In this document: positions 16,882 through 26,109 of the stretch, piece after piece | Numbering within the stretch: the stretch's first letter is position 1 | How the letters are laid out: each line of letters opens with the position of its first letter | Source: Acidiferrobacterales bacterium | Lineage (GTDB): Bacteria > Pseudomonadota > Gammaproteobacteria > Acidiferrobacterales > UBA6901 | Reading direction: 5' to 3' | Length of the DNA stretch: 49,357 nt | NCBI GenBank assembly: GCA_035256085.1 | Contig: DATEYP010000046.1 | Coordinates: 1 to 49,357 of the forward strand | Translations under genes and position numbers: made by a program | Notes under the pieces: generated by a model | Told to the model about the DNA's origin: nothing | Seen by the model: only the letters and a program-made list of their open reading frames with translations | Databases searched by the model: none

Positions 16882-17337
16882 TCAAGGCGATACCGGCTTC
16901 ACATCCCCCAACCACTGCACCTCATAAGGACCTTTCGCCACCTGCCCAACCAGCTTCGCGTCGGCGGTAATCAATGGAAGCCGTAGTTGGGCCGCGGCGG
17001 CGATGTAGCAGGCATCATAGGCCGTGATCCGATGTTTCAATGCAATGTCCAGAGCATCGTCGGCCAGAACCTGGGTAGGAATCGCCGTCAGGCCAAGGCC
17101 CGTTAGATCGCGCAGATGTTCCTGGGCGGCTTTTGCCGGGTAGGCGGATCGCTGCACCCACTTCCAGAACACGTTCGCGCACTCGATAAAAAATAAGTCG
17201 GGCACAATCAGCTCGGCGCCATTTTCCGAGGCGAAGCGCGCGAATACCGTCTGTGCCTCGGCAGAAAGCGCCTCGGGCACAAAAATCTTTACCGCGACAC
17301 TGGCATCCACCACCGCCCGGAACGGGGCCGGACTCAC
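16882..17337 (-). CDS. vapC: PIN-domain toxin (VapC family)
   Basis: Acidic PIN residues in VVDASV, LFFIE, AYDACY and ITAD. GTGA overlap with the upstream antitoxin gene. Confidence 0.85.
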   Translation of the reverse strand: MSPAPFRAVVDASVAVKIFVPEALSAEAQTVFARFASENGAELIVPDLFFIECANVFWKWVQRSAYPAKAAQEHLRDLTGLGLTAIPTQVLADDALDIALKHRITAYDACYIAAAAQLRLPLITADAKLVGQVAKGPYEVQWLGDVKPVSP

Positions 17338-17582
17338 CGGCTGCGGTCCTCGCGGAGCAGTTCGGCCGAATCCTTCCAGCCACGGGGCAGCTCGATCTTC
17401 TGCGCCCGCTGCCGGATGCGCTCAATGACCTCGGCCGCACCCCGGCGTGCCTCGCGCGCCTGAAGACCTTGGTTTAAAAGCTGGATGACTTCGGCGGTTA
17501 CCGAGCGGTTTTCTTCTTCCGCGAGCTTCTGGATGCGCTTGTAGAGCTTCTCGGGGACGTTGCGGACATGCAGGGTGGCCAT
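17334..17582 (-). CDS. vapB: RHH/FitA-like antitoxin (VapB-type)
   Basis: MATLHVRNVPEKLYKRIQKLAEEENRSVTAEV is a typical ribbon-helix-helix antitoxin N-terminus. It overlaps the vapC start. Confidence 0.8.
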   Translation of the reverse strand: MATLHVRNVPEKLYKRIQKLAEEENRSVTAEVIQLLNQGLQAREARRGAAEVIERIRQRAQKIELPRGWKDSAELLREDRSR

Positions 17583-17624
17583 GGGGAATTATCCTCTTTG
17601 CCGATAAAACCCAGTCTAGCCGAG

Positions 17625-17647
17625 CGTGGTTGCAGCATGCAACCACG
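17625..17647. promoter_or_regulatory. Perfect 10-3-10 inverted repeat upstream of vapB (candidate operator)
   Basis: cgtggttgca-gca-tgcaaccacg lies about 45 nt upstream of the vapB ATG. Confidence 0.35.
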
Positions 17648-17800
17648 GAGTCGCCCTCAAGAAATATCCCAACAAATTCACCAATTGTTCTGTGTGACGA
17701 TTCGCATCCGGTAGAGGCTGACGGACCACGCCGCCTGCCGGTACTCGCGCTTATCAGACGCTATCAGGAGCTGTAAGCCGTTGAACCTAAGAACGGCTTT

Positions 17801-17932
17801 AGCCGCAGATGAACGCAGATAAATGCAAATAAATCATGTCATTGATGCACCCAGGTCATTCACCCTTTTGGTGATCTGGCGAATACCGGCAGTGCATTGA
17901 ATAGCCGCGTTTATCTGCGTTCATCTGCGGCT
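17801..17932. mobile_element. MITE-like element, REP family B, copy 1 (about 130 bp with 23-bp perfect terminal inverted repeats)
   Basis: Ends are agccgcagatgaacgcagataaa and tttatctgcgttcatctgcggct. Its interior closely matches the inverted copy at 41627-41771. Confidence 0.7.
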
Positions 17933-17957
17933 GACTGCTTTTTCCAGGTTGAAGAAC

Positions 17958-18033
17958 TGGTGGGCCGTGCAAGATTCGAACTTGCGACCAACTGGTTAAA
18001 AGCCAGCTGCTCTACCGACTGAGCTAACGGCCC
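17958..18033 (-). tRNA. tRNA-Lys (anticodon UUU)
   Basis: The reverse complement reads GGGCCGTTAGCTCAGTCGGTAGAGCAGCTGGCTTTTAACCAGTTGGTCGCAAGTTCGAATCTTGCACGGCCCACCA. That is 76 nt with anticodon loop CTTTTAA and encoded CCA, close to E. coli tRNA-Lys. Confidence 0.95.
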
Positions 18034-18111
18034 GCGATGGGGGACAGGGACTGGGCAGGAGGCGGCATTATCCGGAGCGGTCTTCGGGCTGTCAATGAAA
18101 GCGCCTGGAAA

Positions 18112-18136
18112 CCAAGGCCCGCGGCGCGGGCCTTGG
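18112..18136 (-). terminator. GC-rich hairpin downstream of yeeE
   Basis: ccaaggcccgc-ggc-gcgggccttgg lies 20 nt after the yeeE stop. On the minus strand it is followed by TTTCC, a weak T tract. Confidence 0.4.
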
Positions 18137-18155
18137 TGGGGTGACGTCCGGGATG

Positions 18156-19346
18156 TCAGGCCTTGCGCGGCAGCAGGCGCAGGTCGGCGAGCGCCGAACG
18201 CAGCGCGCTGAAGAAGCCCTGTTCGTCCATTTGGTAGTACTGGACTTTCATGGTGAGGGCACTGCCGAACACGATCGCCACGAAGGTCAGGATCGAACCC
18301 AGCGCCAGCGTCGAGACGCCGGTGACCGCCTGGCCGATAGTGCAGCCCATGGACAGCACGCCGCCGATGCCCATGAGCACGCCGCCCACGGCATGGTTCA
18401 CAAAATCCTTGCCGGAGGCGAACCACTCGATGCGGAACTTGCGGAATAGCACGGCATACAGGAACGAGCCGACGATCACACCGGTGAGCGCCATCACACC
18501 GAAGTTGATGAGCATGAGGTTGGACGGATTCAGCAGGTAGCGCGCGCTGTCACCCATCGGGCTGATGAACGTGAAGGACTGCACATTCACGCGGCTCGGG
18601 ATGTCGGTGGCAAGTTCGGCGTAATCTTTCCATTCTGCGCCCATCGGGCCGCCGGTGAGGTACCAGCCGGCGATCACCACCAGGCCCACGACCAGGCCAC
18701 CGAAGATGTTGTCGAAGCTGGCACGGAAGTCCGCGGACTTGAAGATGAACGCCAGCATCACCGCAACCAGAATACCGCCCACGATGTAGTGCAGGTTGGC
18801 GGCGCCGGTGAGTCCGGTGACGATCGCGCCCAGCTCCTGGCTGGCCATGCCGTGCGCGGGAAGGTCGATGGTGCTCGGGGCGATCCAGCTGTTGAAGAAC
18901 TTGTCGTAAAAACCCACGCCGCCGATGTCGCCCCACAGCATGTAATACGCCGCGATTGAGGCGATCACCAGCACCATCACCGACTTGAGGTTGCCGCCGC
19001 CGATACGGACCAGGGTCTTGTTGCCGCAACCCGAGCCGAGGGTCATGCCGACGCCGAACATCACACCGCCCAGCACGTAGCGCAGCCAGGCGAAATTACC
19101 GGTACGGTACGGCGGGAAGGTGTCGGCCGGCAGCACCAGCTTGCCGGCGCCTTCAAGGACCATTACGCCGAGCAGCGCCACGGTCATGGCGAACAGCCAG
19201 GCGCGCATCCGGCCGGTGGCACCCATGTTCACCCAGTCGGACACGGCGCCCATGGTGCAGAAATCGGTCTTGTTGGCGACCGCGCCCAAGATCATGGCCG
19301 CGAGAAATACCAGGCCCAGCACTTGATGATGAATCGTAAACTCCAT
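18156..19346 (-). CDS. yeeE: YeeE/YedE-family membrane protein (putative thiosulfate/sulfur-compound transporter)
   Basis: Polytopic membrane protein with the FCTMGAVSDW and SMGCTIGQ Cys-containing motifs typical of YeeE/YedE. GGAGG RBS. Confidence 0.8.
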   Translation of the reverse strand: MEFTIHHQVLGLVFLAAMILGAVANKTDFCTMGAVSDWVNMGATGRMRAWLFAMTVALLGVMVLEGAGKLVLPADTFPPYRTGNFAWLRYVLGGVMFGVGMTLGSGCGNKTLVRIGGGNLKSVMVLVIASIAAYYMLWGDIGGVGFYDKFFNSWIAPSTIDLPAHGMASQELGAIVTGLTGAANLHYIVGGILVAVMLAFIFKSADFRASFDNIFGGLVVGLVVIAGWYLTGGPMGAEWKDYAELATDIPSRVNVQSFTFISPMGDSARYLLNPSNLMLINFGVMALTGVIVGSFLYAVLFRKFRIEWFASGKDFVNHAVGGVLMGIGGVLSMGCTIGQAVTGVSTLALGSILTFVAIVFGSALTMKVQYYQMDEQGFFSALRSALADLRLLPRKA

Positions 19347-19407
19347 AATTCCTCCGGATATCGGGATGTCAGTGCCGTCCCATGAGTTCGGCCTGCTGTT
19401 AAGGATG

Positions 19408-19452
19408 CCCTCACCCCTTGCCCTCTCTTCCGCTGATGCGGGAGAGAGGGAG
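19408..19452. repeat. REP family A copy
   Basis: ccctcaccccttgccctctcttccgctgatgcgggagagagggag is nearly identical to the copy at 34255-34297. Confidence 0.8.
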
Positions 19453-19519
19453 TAGGTAAAAATCTATTTTAAGACGGGGGATTTTACCCAGTTTGTTCCA
19501 TCGGCACCACGGGCACCCC

Positions 19520-20206
19520 TCAGTCCGGCGGACGGCCGCTGACATAGAGTGTAGGATCGGGGATGCCCGCGGCGGCAAAGCCCTGGGCGCGCAGACGGCA
19601 GGAATCGCAGGTCCCGCAAGCCCGCCCGGCGGCGTCCGGCTCGTAGCAGGACTGGGTCAGCGTGTAGTCCACGCCAAGCCGCACGCCCGTGGCAATGATC
19701 TCGGCCTTGTTCAGATTGATGAGCGGTGCCTGCACACGAAAACCGTCACCCTCGATGCCGGCGCGCGTGCCGAGGTTGGCGAGATTCTGGAACGCCCGGA
19801 TGAATTCCGGCCGGCAGTCGGGATAGCCGGCGTAATCCACGGCATTCACGCCAATGAAAATATCATGCGCGTTCAGCACCTCGGCCCAGCCGAGGGCGAT
19901 CGCGAGAAATATGGAGTTGCGCGCCGGCACATAGGTGATGGGAATGCCTGCGCCCGGCTGGTGCGGCACGTCCAGGCGCGTGTCGGTGAGCGCCGAGCCG
20001 CCCATCCAGCCGATGTCGAGCCGCACCACCCTGTGTGCGACCGCGCCGAGGCTTGCGGCCACGCGCTGCGCGGCGTCGAGCTCGATGCGGTGGCGCTGGC
20101 CGTAATCGAAGCTCAGGCCGTAACACTCGCAGCCGCGTTCGCGCGCAATCGCCAGCACGGTCGCCGAATCGAGACCGCCGGAGAGCAGCACCACGGCGCG
20201 CGTCAT
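19520..20206 (-). CDS. queC: 7-cyano-7-deazaguanine synthase
   Basis: [17 protein letters not shown] (PP-loop) and the C-terminal Cys cluster CGTCDSC. The start is at 20206, because the 28 upstream codons of the tracked ORF overlap queE. Confidence 0.9.
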   Translation of the reverse strand: MTRAVVLLSGGLDSATVLAIARERGCECYGLSFDYGQRHRIELDAAQRVAASLGAVAHRVVRLDIGWMGGSALTDTRLDVPHQPGAGIPITYVPARNSIFLAIALGWAEVLNAHDIFIGVNAVDYAGYPDCRPEFIRAFQNLANLGTRAGIEGDGFRVQAPLINLNKAEIIATGVRLGVDYTLTQSCYEPDAAGRACGTCDSCRLRAQGFAAAGIPDPTLYVSGRPPD

Positions 20207-20208
20207 GG

Positions 20209-20901
20209 TCAATGTCCCCGCGTCTCGCCCCACAACAGCTTGTGGAGCTGGACCTGTACACGTACCGGCAGACGGTCGGCGAGTACCCACTCGGCAAGAT
20301 CTCTGGGCTCAACCCGGCCCCAGGCCGGCGAAAACAACACGTCGCAATGCTCGGTAAGCCGCTCGCGCTGCAGGAACGCGCGGCTCCATTCGTAATCGGC
20401 ACGATCACAAATCACGAATTTGACCTGGTCGGTTTGCTTGAGGAATTTCAGGTTGGCGGCGTCGTTCTTCGCCGCTTCGCCCGAACCCGGGGTTTTCACG
20501 TCCATGACCAGGCACACACGCGGGTCAACCTTACTGATGTCCACCGCCCCGCTGGTTTCGAGCGATACCACGTAGCCCGCATCGCACAGCCTGGCGAGCA
20601 GTTCGATGCAGGGTCGTTGCGCCAGCGGCTCACCGCCGGTCACGGTCACGTAACGCGGCTGATAGCCGGCCACCTGGGCGAGGATTTCGGCAACCGTCAT
20701 CCAGTCGCCCTCGTGGAAGGCATAATCCGTGTCGCAGTAACCGCAACGCAACGGGCAGCCGGTGAGGCGGATAAACACCGTGGGCAGACCGACCGTGCGC
20801 GACTCACCCTGCAGGGAGTAAAAAATCTCGTTCACGCGCAACTGCGCGGCCCGGTTAGATGGAGTGGCGGACGTGGCCGCCGGCGGATGGCGTGCGGTCA
20901 T
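20209..20901 (-). CDS. queE: 7-carboxy-7-deazaguanine synthase (radical SAM)
   Basis: [12 protein letters not shown]...[20 protein letters not shown]. Confidence 0.9.
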   Translation of the reverse strand: MTARHPPAATSATPSNRAAQLRVNEIFYSLQGESRTVGLPTVFIRLTGCPLRCGYCDTDYAFHEGDWMTVAEILAQVAGYQPRYVTVTGGEPLAQRPCIELLARLCDAGYVVSLETSGAVDISKVDPRVCLVMDVKTPGSGEAAKNDAANLKFLKQTDQVKFVICDRADYEWSRAFLQRERLTEHCDVLFSPAWGRVEPRDLAEWVLADRLPVRVQVQLHKLLWGETRGH

Positions 20902-21011
20902 GATGACGGGGTCGCAGGCATAGGGAACTGGTCAGGCATTATACCTGACCGGGAAGCGGATGCAGATTCACTGCATGGGGCAAGGACGGGTTAAGGAACC
21001 TCTGATTAAGT

Positions 21012-21040
21012 CCGCCCTCTCCCTGATAGGGAGAGGGGGT
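21012..21040. repeat. REP family A copy
   Basis: The sequence is ccgccctctccctgatagggagagggggt. Confidence 0.7.
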
Positions 21041-21072
21041 TACCTCTTGATCGACACTTGTTCAGAGCTTCC

Positions 21073-21840
21073 CTAGCGCCCTTCCTTCTTCATCTTGTCG
21101 AGACGCACCTCGGCGAGCTTGGCAACGCCCGTGCCCGGAAAACGTTTTTGCACCTCGCCAAGGGTCTTGCGTGCCTTGTCGTAAGCGCCGAGTTCGTAAT
21201 GCACATACCCGATCTTGAGCAATGCATCCGGCGCCTTCGAGCTCTGCGGGTCATTCACAACCTTGGTGAATTCCTCTAACGCCAGCTTGTAATTGCGCAG
21301 GACATAATTACCCTCCGCAACCCAGTATTGGGCATTGTCCGCCAATCCGCTGTCCGGATACTTGGCCAGGAACGCCCGGAACGCCTTGACCGCACGTTCA
21401 TAGAGCCCCTGTTTCATGAGATTGAACGCCGCATCGTATTCCTGCTGCTGCGATGCGGTAGTGACGCGCGGAGTGGACGGTGCAGACGGCGTCGCTGCAA
21501 CTGTCGGTGCAACCGGCGCCGTGGCGCCGCCACGGCGCTCGGCTTCGCGCAGGCGGGTGTCGAGATCGTCATACAGCGCGCGCTGCCGGCCCTTGAGCTG
21601 ATTGAGCTCATGGCCCTGCACCTCGACGTTGTTGCGCAACTGGCGTACCTCGGTTTGCAGCTCCTCCAGCTGGCGCATGAGGTCGAGCATGGTGTTACGC
21701 GTCGTCGCCTCCGCGGCCGGCTTGGCGGCCACCGCACGCCGATCCGGCAGCTCGGCGGCGACCGAGGTCGTTACCGCCACAGCCAGAACCAGCAACGACG
21801 AGGCGATGCACCAATGCATGACGGTCCGCCCTCTTGCCAT
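21073..21840 (-). CDS. cpoB: Tol-Pal system protein YbgF/CpoB
   Basis: Signal peptide, coiled-coil (LMRQLEELQTEVRQLRNNVE) and C-terminal TPR region, immediately downstream of pal. Confidence 0.85.
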   Translation of the reverse strand: MARGRTVMHWCIASSLLVLAVAVTTSVAAELPDRRAVAAKPAAEATTRNTMLDLMRQLEELQTEVRQLRNNVEVQGHELNQLKGRQRALYDDLDTRLREAERRGGATAPVAPTVAATPSAPSTPRVTTASQQQEYDAAFNLMKQGLYERAVKAFRAFLAKYPDSGLADNAQYWVAEGNYVLRNYKLALEEFTKVVNDPQSSKAPDALLKIGYVHYELGAYDKARKTLGEVQKRFPGTGVAKLAEVRLDKMKKEGR

Positions 21841-21842
21841 GA

Positions 21843-22337
21843 TCAATAGATAATCTCGACCCGGCGGTTCAGCGCCCAGGCGGCTTCGCTATGATCCATG
21901 GCCACCGGCTTTTCTTCACCATAGGAAACCGTCTTGATCCGGTCCCCGGTCAAACCCAGGATCTTGGCCATGCGCTCCACCGCCTGTGCGCGACGCTCGC
22001 CCAGCGCCAGGTTGTATTCGCGCGTGCCGCGTTCGTCGGCATGGCCTTCGAACACAACCTTGATGTTCTTGTTCGCGGCCAGATAGGCGGCATGTGCTTC
22101 GACAATGGCGCGATTCTCCTCATCCACGGCGCTGCTGTCGAAGGCAAAGTAGACGCGCCGCTTGGCGAGCAGGTCGGTCCTGGCGTCCAGGGGCCTGCCG
22201 CTCACGCCCGTATCAGCGCTGGTGCCGGTGCCGACACTCTTGTCCTCGACGTCGGGCTTGGTGGCCTCACTGCCGCCGCAGGCAGTGAGGAACAGTGCCG
22301 CGATACCTAATATTGTAAGCTGCAATTTCTTATCCAT
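21843..22337 (-). CDS. pal: Peptidoglycan-associated lipoprotein
   Basis: Lipobox LTACGG and an OmpA-like domain ending NRRVEIIY. Confidence 0.92.
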   Translation of the reverse strand: MDKKLQLTILGIAALFLTACGGSEATKPDVEDKSVGTGTSADTGVSGRPLDARTDLLAKRRVYFAFDSSAVDEENRAIVEAHAAYLAANKNIKVVFEGHADERGTREYNLALGERRAQAVERMAKILGLTGDRIKTVSYGEEKPVAMDHSEAAWALNRRVEIIY

Positions 22338-22348
22338 GGAGTGACTCC

Positions 22349-23671
22349 TTAGTGGGTGGGGGTGGAACGGTTGAACGGCGACCAGGCAGGCTCACGCACA
22401 TCGCCCTCCTGGAGTTTGAGAAGCTGGCGCACGCGGCCGTCGGACGATACCGATGCGAGCACGCCGCGCCCGCCGCGATCGGTGGCATACAGAATCATGC
22501 GTCCGTTGGGCGCGAAGCTCGGTGATTCGTCCAGCGGTGTGTCGGTGAGCACCTGCAACACCGAACTATGCAGATGCAGAAGCGCGGCGTGATAGCGGCC
22601 CTGCACGCCGCTCACTAGCGTCAGCATCTTGCCGTCCGCCGAGTATGAGGCGCGCGCGTTGTATTCACCCTCGAACGTCACGCGCTCGACCTTGCCGCCG
22701 TCGGCGCGCATGCGATAGATCTGCGGCTTGCCGCCGCGATCCGAAGTAAAAACGATTTCCTTTCCGTCCGGCGACCAGGACGGTTCGGTGTCGATCGCCG
22801 GGTGGTTGGTGAGGCGCGTGAGCGCATTGTCGGACAGCCGCATCACGTAGATCTCCGGGTTGCCGTCGCGCGACAGGGTGAGTGCGAGCTTGGTGCCGTC
22901 CGGCGACCAGGCCGGCGCCGAGTTGATACCATCGAATCCGGCGATGCGGTGGCGCGCGCCATTCACCACGTTCTGCAAATACAGGGTTGGACGGCGCTGA
23001 TGTTCAAATGACACGTACGCGAGGCGCTCGCCGTCCGGCGCCCAGGCCGGTGACAGGATCGGTTCCTTTGATGTCCACAAATTCAAGGGATTATGGCCAT
23101 CCGAGTCGGCAATCTGCAACTTGTAACTGAAGCGCTTCACGACACCCTCGCGGGTGACGTAGGCGATGCGCGTGCTGAACACACCCGGCTCACCGGTGAG
23201 CTTCTCGTAAATGATGTCGCTGATCTGGTGCGCCACCGCGCGCAGATGATTACCGGCCACGACATAACTGTAGCCGGCGAGCTGCTTTTCCTTATAGATG
23301 TCGTACAGGCGAAACTCGACCTGCCAACGGCCCTGCGCCAGCGGCTTGACGTTGCCGATGACCAGCGCCTCGGCCTTGACAATGCGCCAGTCCTTGTACA
23401 CGACCTGTCTGTCCTCGGACGGGCGCGAAACGAAAAACTTCTTGTCGAGCGGCGTGAAACGGCCGCTGCGCGCCAGGTCGGCCTCGATCACCGCGGCGAC
23501 GTCCTGCGGGGGCTGCTGCTTGCCGGCTCCGTCGAACGGCACAATCGCAATCGGCAACCCGCCGTCCACGCCCTGGGTGATCTCAATAGTCAGAATCGCG
23601 GACGCCAGCGAAGCGTGGCCCGCGAGCAGCGCCATCAGAATGAGTTTTAACAGAATTCTCACTGCCTTCAC
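22349..23671 (-). CDS. tolB: Tol-Pal system beta-propeller protein
   Basis: Signal peptide, repeated SPDG/APDG propeller blades, tol operon context. Confidence 0.93.
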   Translation of the reverse strand: MKAVRILLKLILMALLAGHASLASAILTIEITQGVDGGLPIAIVPFDGAGKQQPPQDVAAVIEADLARSGRFTPLDKKFFVSRPSEDRQVVYKDWRIVKAEALVIGNVKPLAQGRWQVEFRLYDIYKEKQLAGYSYVVAGNHLRAVAHQISDIIYEKLTGEPGVFSTRIAYVTREGVVKRFSYKLQIADSDGHNPLNLWTSKEPILSPAWAPDGERLAYVSFEHQRRPTLYLQNVVNGARHRIAGFDGINSAPAWSPDGTKLALTLSRDGNPEIYVMRLSDNALTRLTNHPAIDTEPSWSPDGKEIVFTSDRGGKPQIYRMRADGGKVERVTFEGEYNARASYSADGKMLTLVSGVQGRYHAALLHLHSSVLQVLTDTPLDESPSFAPNGRMILYATDRGGRGVLASVSSDGRVRQLLKLQEGDVREPAWSPFNRSTPTH

Positions 23672-24474
23672 GCCTGTCCCTCCGGACGAAACCGCAATTC
23701 CAGCTCGCGGAAATGTTCAAATAGGCCCTTGTCCTCGGGCAGAGGCAGGGGCGATGCCTTGTATACCGCGTTTTCCACCGATCGATCAAATGCTGCATTG
23801 CCGCTTGGGCGCGCGATCGTCGCGCTGATCACCTCGCCGGTCGGCGCGAGGCGCACACGCACCACACACTCCATGCCCCGGGTCCAGCCGGCCGGCCGCA
23901 CCCAGTTGCGCTCGACCTTCTGGCGGATCAGATTCTCGACGCGCGCCAGCTCGCTCTGGGCGCGCGCCGACTGTTCGGCCCTGGCCTTTGCCTCGATGCG
24001 CTCTTTTTCCTCGCGTGCCAGTTGTTCCTTGAGGTTGGTCTCGGCGGACTTGCGCCGCTCCTCGATCTCTTTCTTTTTCTTTGCCTCGGCCTGGCGCGCC
24101 TCGTCTTTGCGTTTGTTCTCGGCCTCCGCGGCCTTGCGCTTGTCCTGTTCCTTGCGCTTCTGTTCGGCAATGACTGCCTGTTCCTGGCGGCGTTTCTCCT
24201 CGGCCGCCTGGCGCTCGCGCTCTTCCTGCTCGCGCTTCTTTTTTGCTTCCTGCTGCTCGCGCTCGCGTTCCAGCTTTTTGCGGCGCTCGACTTCCTTCTG
24301 CATTTCGGCGTCATTTACCGCCTGTGCCTGCACCACCTTCGCCGGGGCGGCGGCTGGCTTGGCCTGCCAGCGGAAGCCGACCACCACCAGTGCGATCAGC
24401 GCGAGGTGCACGAGCACGGCATAAATAATGGCCTTGCGGCCGCCGGGCAGTCTGCGCGCGTTTCCGGACGGCAT
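23668..24474 (-). CDS. tolA: Tol-Pal system protein TolA
   Basis: N-terminal membrane anchor, long K/E/A/R-rich helical domain and a TolA C-terminal domain. Confidence 0.88.
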   Translation of the reverse strand: MPSGNARRLPGGRKAIIYAVLVHLALIALVVVGFRWQAKPAAAPAKVVQAQAVNDAEMQKEVERRKKLEREREQQEAKKKREQEERERQAAEEKRRQEQAVIAEQKRKEQDKRKAAEAENKRKDEARQAEAKKKKEIEERRKSAETNLKEQLAREEKERIEAKARAEQSARAQSELARVENLIRQKVERNWVRPAGWTRGMECVVRVRLAPTGEVISATIARPSGNAAFDRSVENAVYKASPLPLPEDKGLFEHFRELELRFRPEGQA

Positions 24475-24514
24475 GTCTCTTAATACCAGCTATTTTTGTG
24501 CAAGCCTGCTTTCC

Positions 24515-24943
24515 CTATCTCTTGCCGGCCGGCCGGCTAGCGGGTGACTGGGTCACGAGGCCGACGCTCGGCGCGCCGGCGGCCTGCAACAACACCATGG
24601 TCTGCACGACATCATTATACGCCACCTGCCGGTCGCCACGAATCAGCACCGGTGTTTGCGGGCGCACGCGCAGGATCGCCGCCACCTTCGACTGCAGCGC
24701 CATGGCGCCGATCTCACGATCGTCCAGAAACAGCTTGCCCTTGCGGTCCACCGTAACCACCAGGGTTTCGCGATCCGGATCGTCCACCGCCGAGGCGGCG
24801 GCCTGTGGCAGGTCCACCTTGACGCCGGGCGTGAGCAGCGGCGCGGTCACCATGAAAATCACCAGCAGCACCAGCATCACGTCGATGTACGGCACGACGT
24901 TGATCTCGGCCATGGGCTTGCGGCGGTGGCGGACGCTCGGCAT
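24515..24943 (-). CDS. tolR: Tol-Pal system protein TolR (ExbD family)
   Basis: MAEINVVPYIDVMLVLLVIFMVTAP is a typical ExbD/TolR start. Confidence 0.9.
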   Translation of the reverse strand: MPSVRHRRKPMAEINVVPYIDVMLVLLVIFMVTAPLLTPGVKVDLPQAAASAVDDPDRETLVVTVDRKGKLFLDDREIGAMALQSKVAAILRVRPQTPVLIRGDRQVAYNDVVQTMVLLQAAGAPSVGLVTQSPASRPAGKR

Positions 24944-24944
24944 C

Positions 24945-25643
24945 TCAGGCCTTGCTCAGGAACGCCTGGCGCTGGAGGATGCTGGCGAATTCCTCCATGA
25001 AAATCTCATAGCGGGTGAACAGGCTCTCGGCGTCGTGCGAGTAGCGATTGTAGGCGATGACCGCCGGGATCGCCGCGAACAGACCCATGGCGGTGGCGAT
25101 CAGCGCTTCGGCGATGCCGGGCGCCACGCTCGCGATGGTCGCCTGCTGTACCGAGCTCAACGCGTGGAACGAATTCATGATGCCCCAGACCGTGCCGAAC
25201 AGACCGATATAGGGGCTGATGGAACCGACCGTGGCGAGGAACGACAGGTGGGTTTCGAGATATTCGATCTCGCGCGTCAGCGCCACACGCATGGCGCGCT
25301 GTACACCTTCGAGAATTTCCATCGGCTGGATATTCTTTTGCTTCTCGAGACGCGCAAATTCCTTGTAGCCGCCGACGAACACGCTGTCCATGCCGGACAG
25401 ATTGTCTTCATTCTGTGACAATTCCTTGAACATCTGGTTGATGTTGCCGCCCGACCAGAAGCGGCCTTCGAACCGGGCGGCGGCGCGCTTCGCCGTCTTG
25501 AACGTCGACCACTTGCGGAAAATCATGGTCCAGGAGATGAGCGAGGCGGCGAGCAACAGCAGCATGACCAGTTGCACCACCAGGCTCGCATGGCTGAGGA
25601 TGCTGATCAGCGCCATGCCTTCGTTGCTTGTCGTCAGATTCAC
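24945..25643 (-). CDS. tolQ: Tol-Pal system protein TolQ (MotA/ExbB family)
   Basis: MotA/TolQ/ExbB channel motifs (GLFGTVWGIMNSF). GTG start at 25643 preceded by AAGGAG. The longer tracked ORF overlaps ybgC. Confidence 0.85.
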   Translation of the reverse strand: MNLTTSNEGMALISILSHASLVVQLVMLLLLAASLISWTMIFRKWSTFKTAKRAAARFEGRFWSGGNINQMFKELSQNEDNLSGMDSVFVGGYKEFARLEKQKNIQPMEILEGVQRAMRVALTREIEYLETHLSFLATVGSISPYIGLFGTVWGIMNSFHALSSVQQATIASVAPGIAEALIATAMGLFAAIPAVIAYNRYSHDAESLFTRYEIFMEEFASILQRQAFLSKA

Positions 25644-25662
25644 ATTCGCTCCTTGTTGTTCG

Positions 25663-26100
25663 CTACGCGCGGCGCGCGGGCGCCGGCGCCTCGCCGCAGG
25701 TCGCCAGCACCGTGTCGGCCACGCGCGTCGGGATCGCCACCGGCACAAAACGCTGCGCGTCGATGCAGGCGACGCGCACATCGCCGCTCGCCAGCAGCTC
25801 GTCGCCGCGCCGTACCTCCTGCTTCAGGGTGAGGCTCGCGGCACCGCGCCGGTCGAGCGCCACGGTTACCGCCAGCAATTCGTTGAAGCGCGCCGGCTTG
25901 TGGAACGCCACGCTCACCGCGCTCACCGCGAATATGACTCCATACTCGCGCAGGAGTTCATCCTGCTCGAAACCGAGCGCACGCAGCCACTCGGTGCGCG
26001 CACGCTCCATGAAGTTGAGATAGTTGGAGTGATACACCACGCCACCGCTGTCGGTGTCTTCGTAATACACGCGGACCGGCATGGAGAAAATCGTATTCAT
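25663..26100 (-). CDS. ybgC: Tol-Pal-associated acyl-CoA thioesterase (4HBT hotdog)
   Basis: VRVYYEDTDSGGVVYHSNYLNFMERARTEWLR. ATG at 26100, because the upstream codons of the tracked ORF are REP family B sequence. Confidence 0.88.
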   Translation of the reverse strand: MNTIFSMPVRVYYEDTDSGGVVYHSNYLNFMERARTEWLRALGFEQDELLREYGVIFAVSAVSVAFHKPARFNELLAVTVALDRRGAASLTLKQEVRRGDELLASGDVRVACIDAQRFVPVAIPTRVADTVLATCGEAPAPARRA

Positions 26101-26109
26101 ATTATCTGG

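Noticed and set aside
15339-16970. 543-aa plus-strand ORF exactly mirroring hsdM
   Set aside because: Its composition is Ala/Gly/Val/His/Arg-rich with no motifs, and it is antisense to a gene with clear HsdM motifs. This is a typical high-GC shadow ORF.
20902-21072. Possible preQ1 riboswitch upstream of queE-queC
   Set aside because: I could not recognise the compact preQ1-I/II consensus hairpin. Most of the spacer is a REP family A hairpin, and an Rfam scan would be needed to exclude it.
23900-24330. Highly repetitive K/E/A/R-coding stretch with many overlapping ORFs on both strands
   Set aside because: This is the expected low-complexity helical domain II of TolA. The context (tolQ-tolR-tolA-tolB-pal) is canonical.
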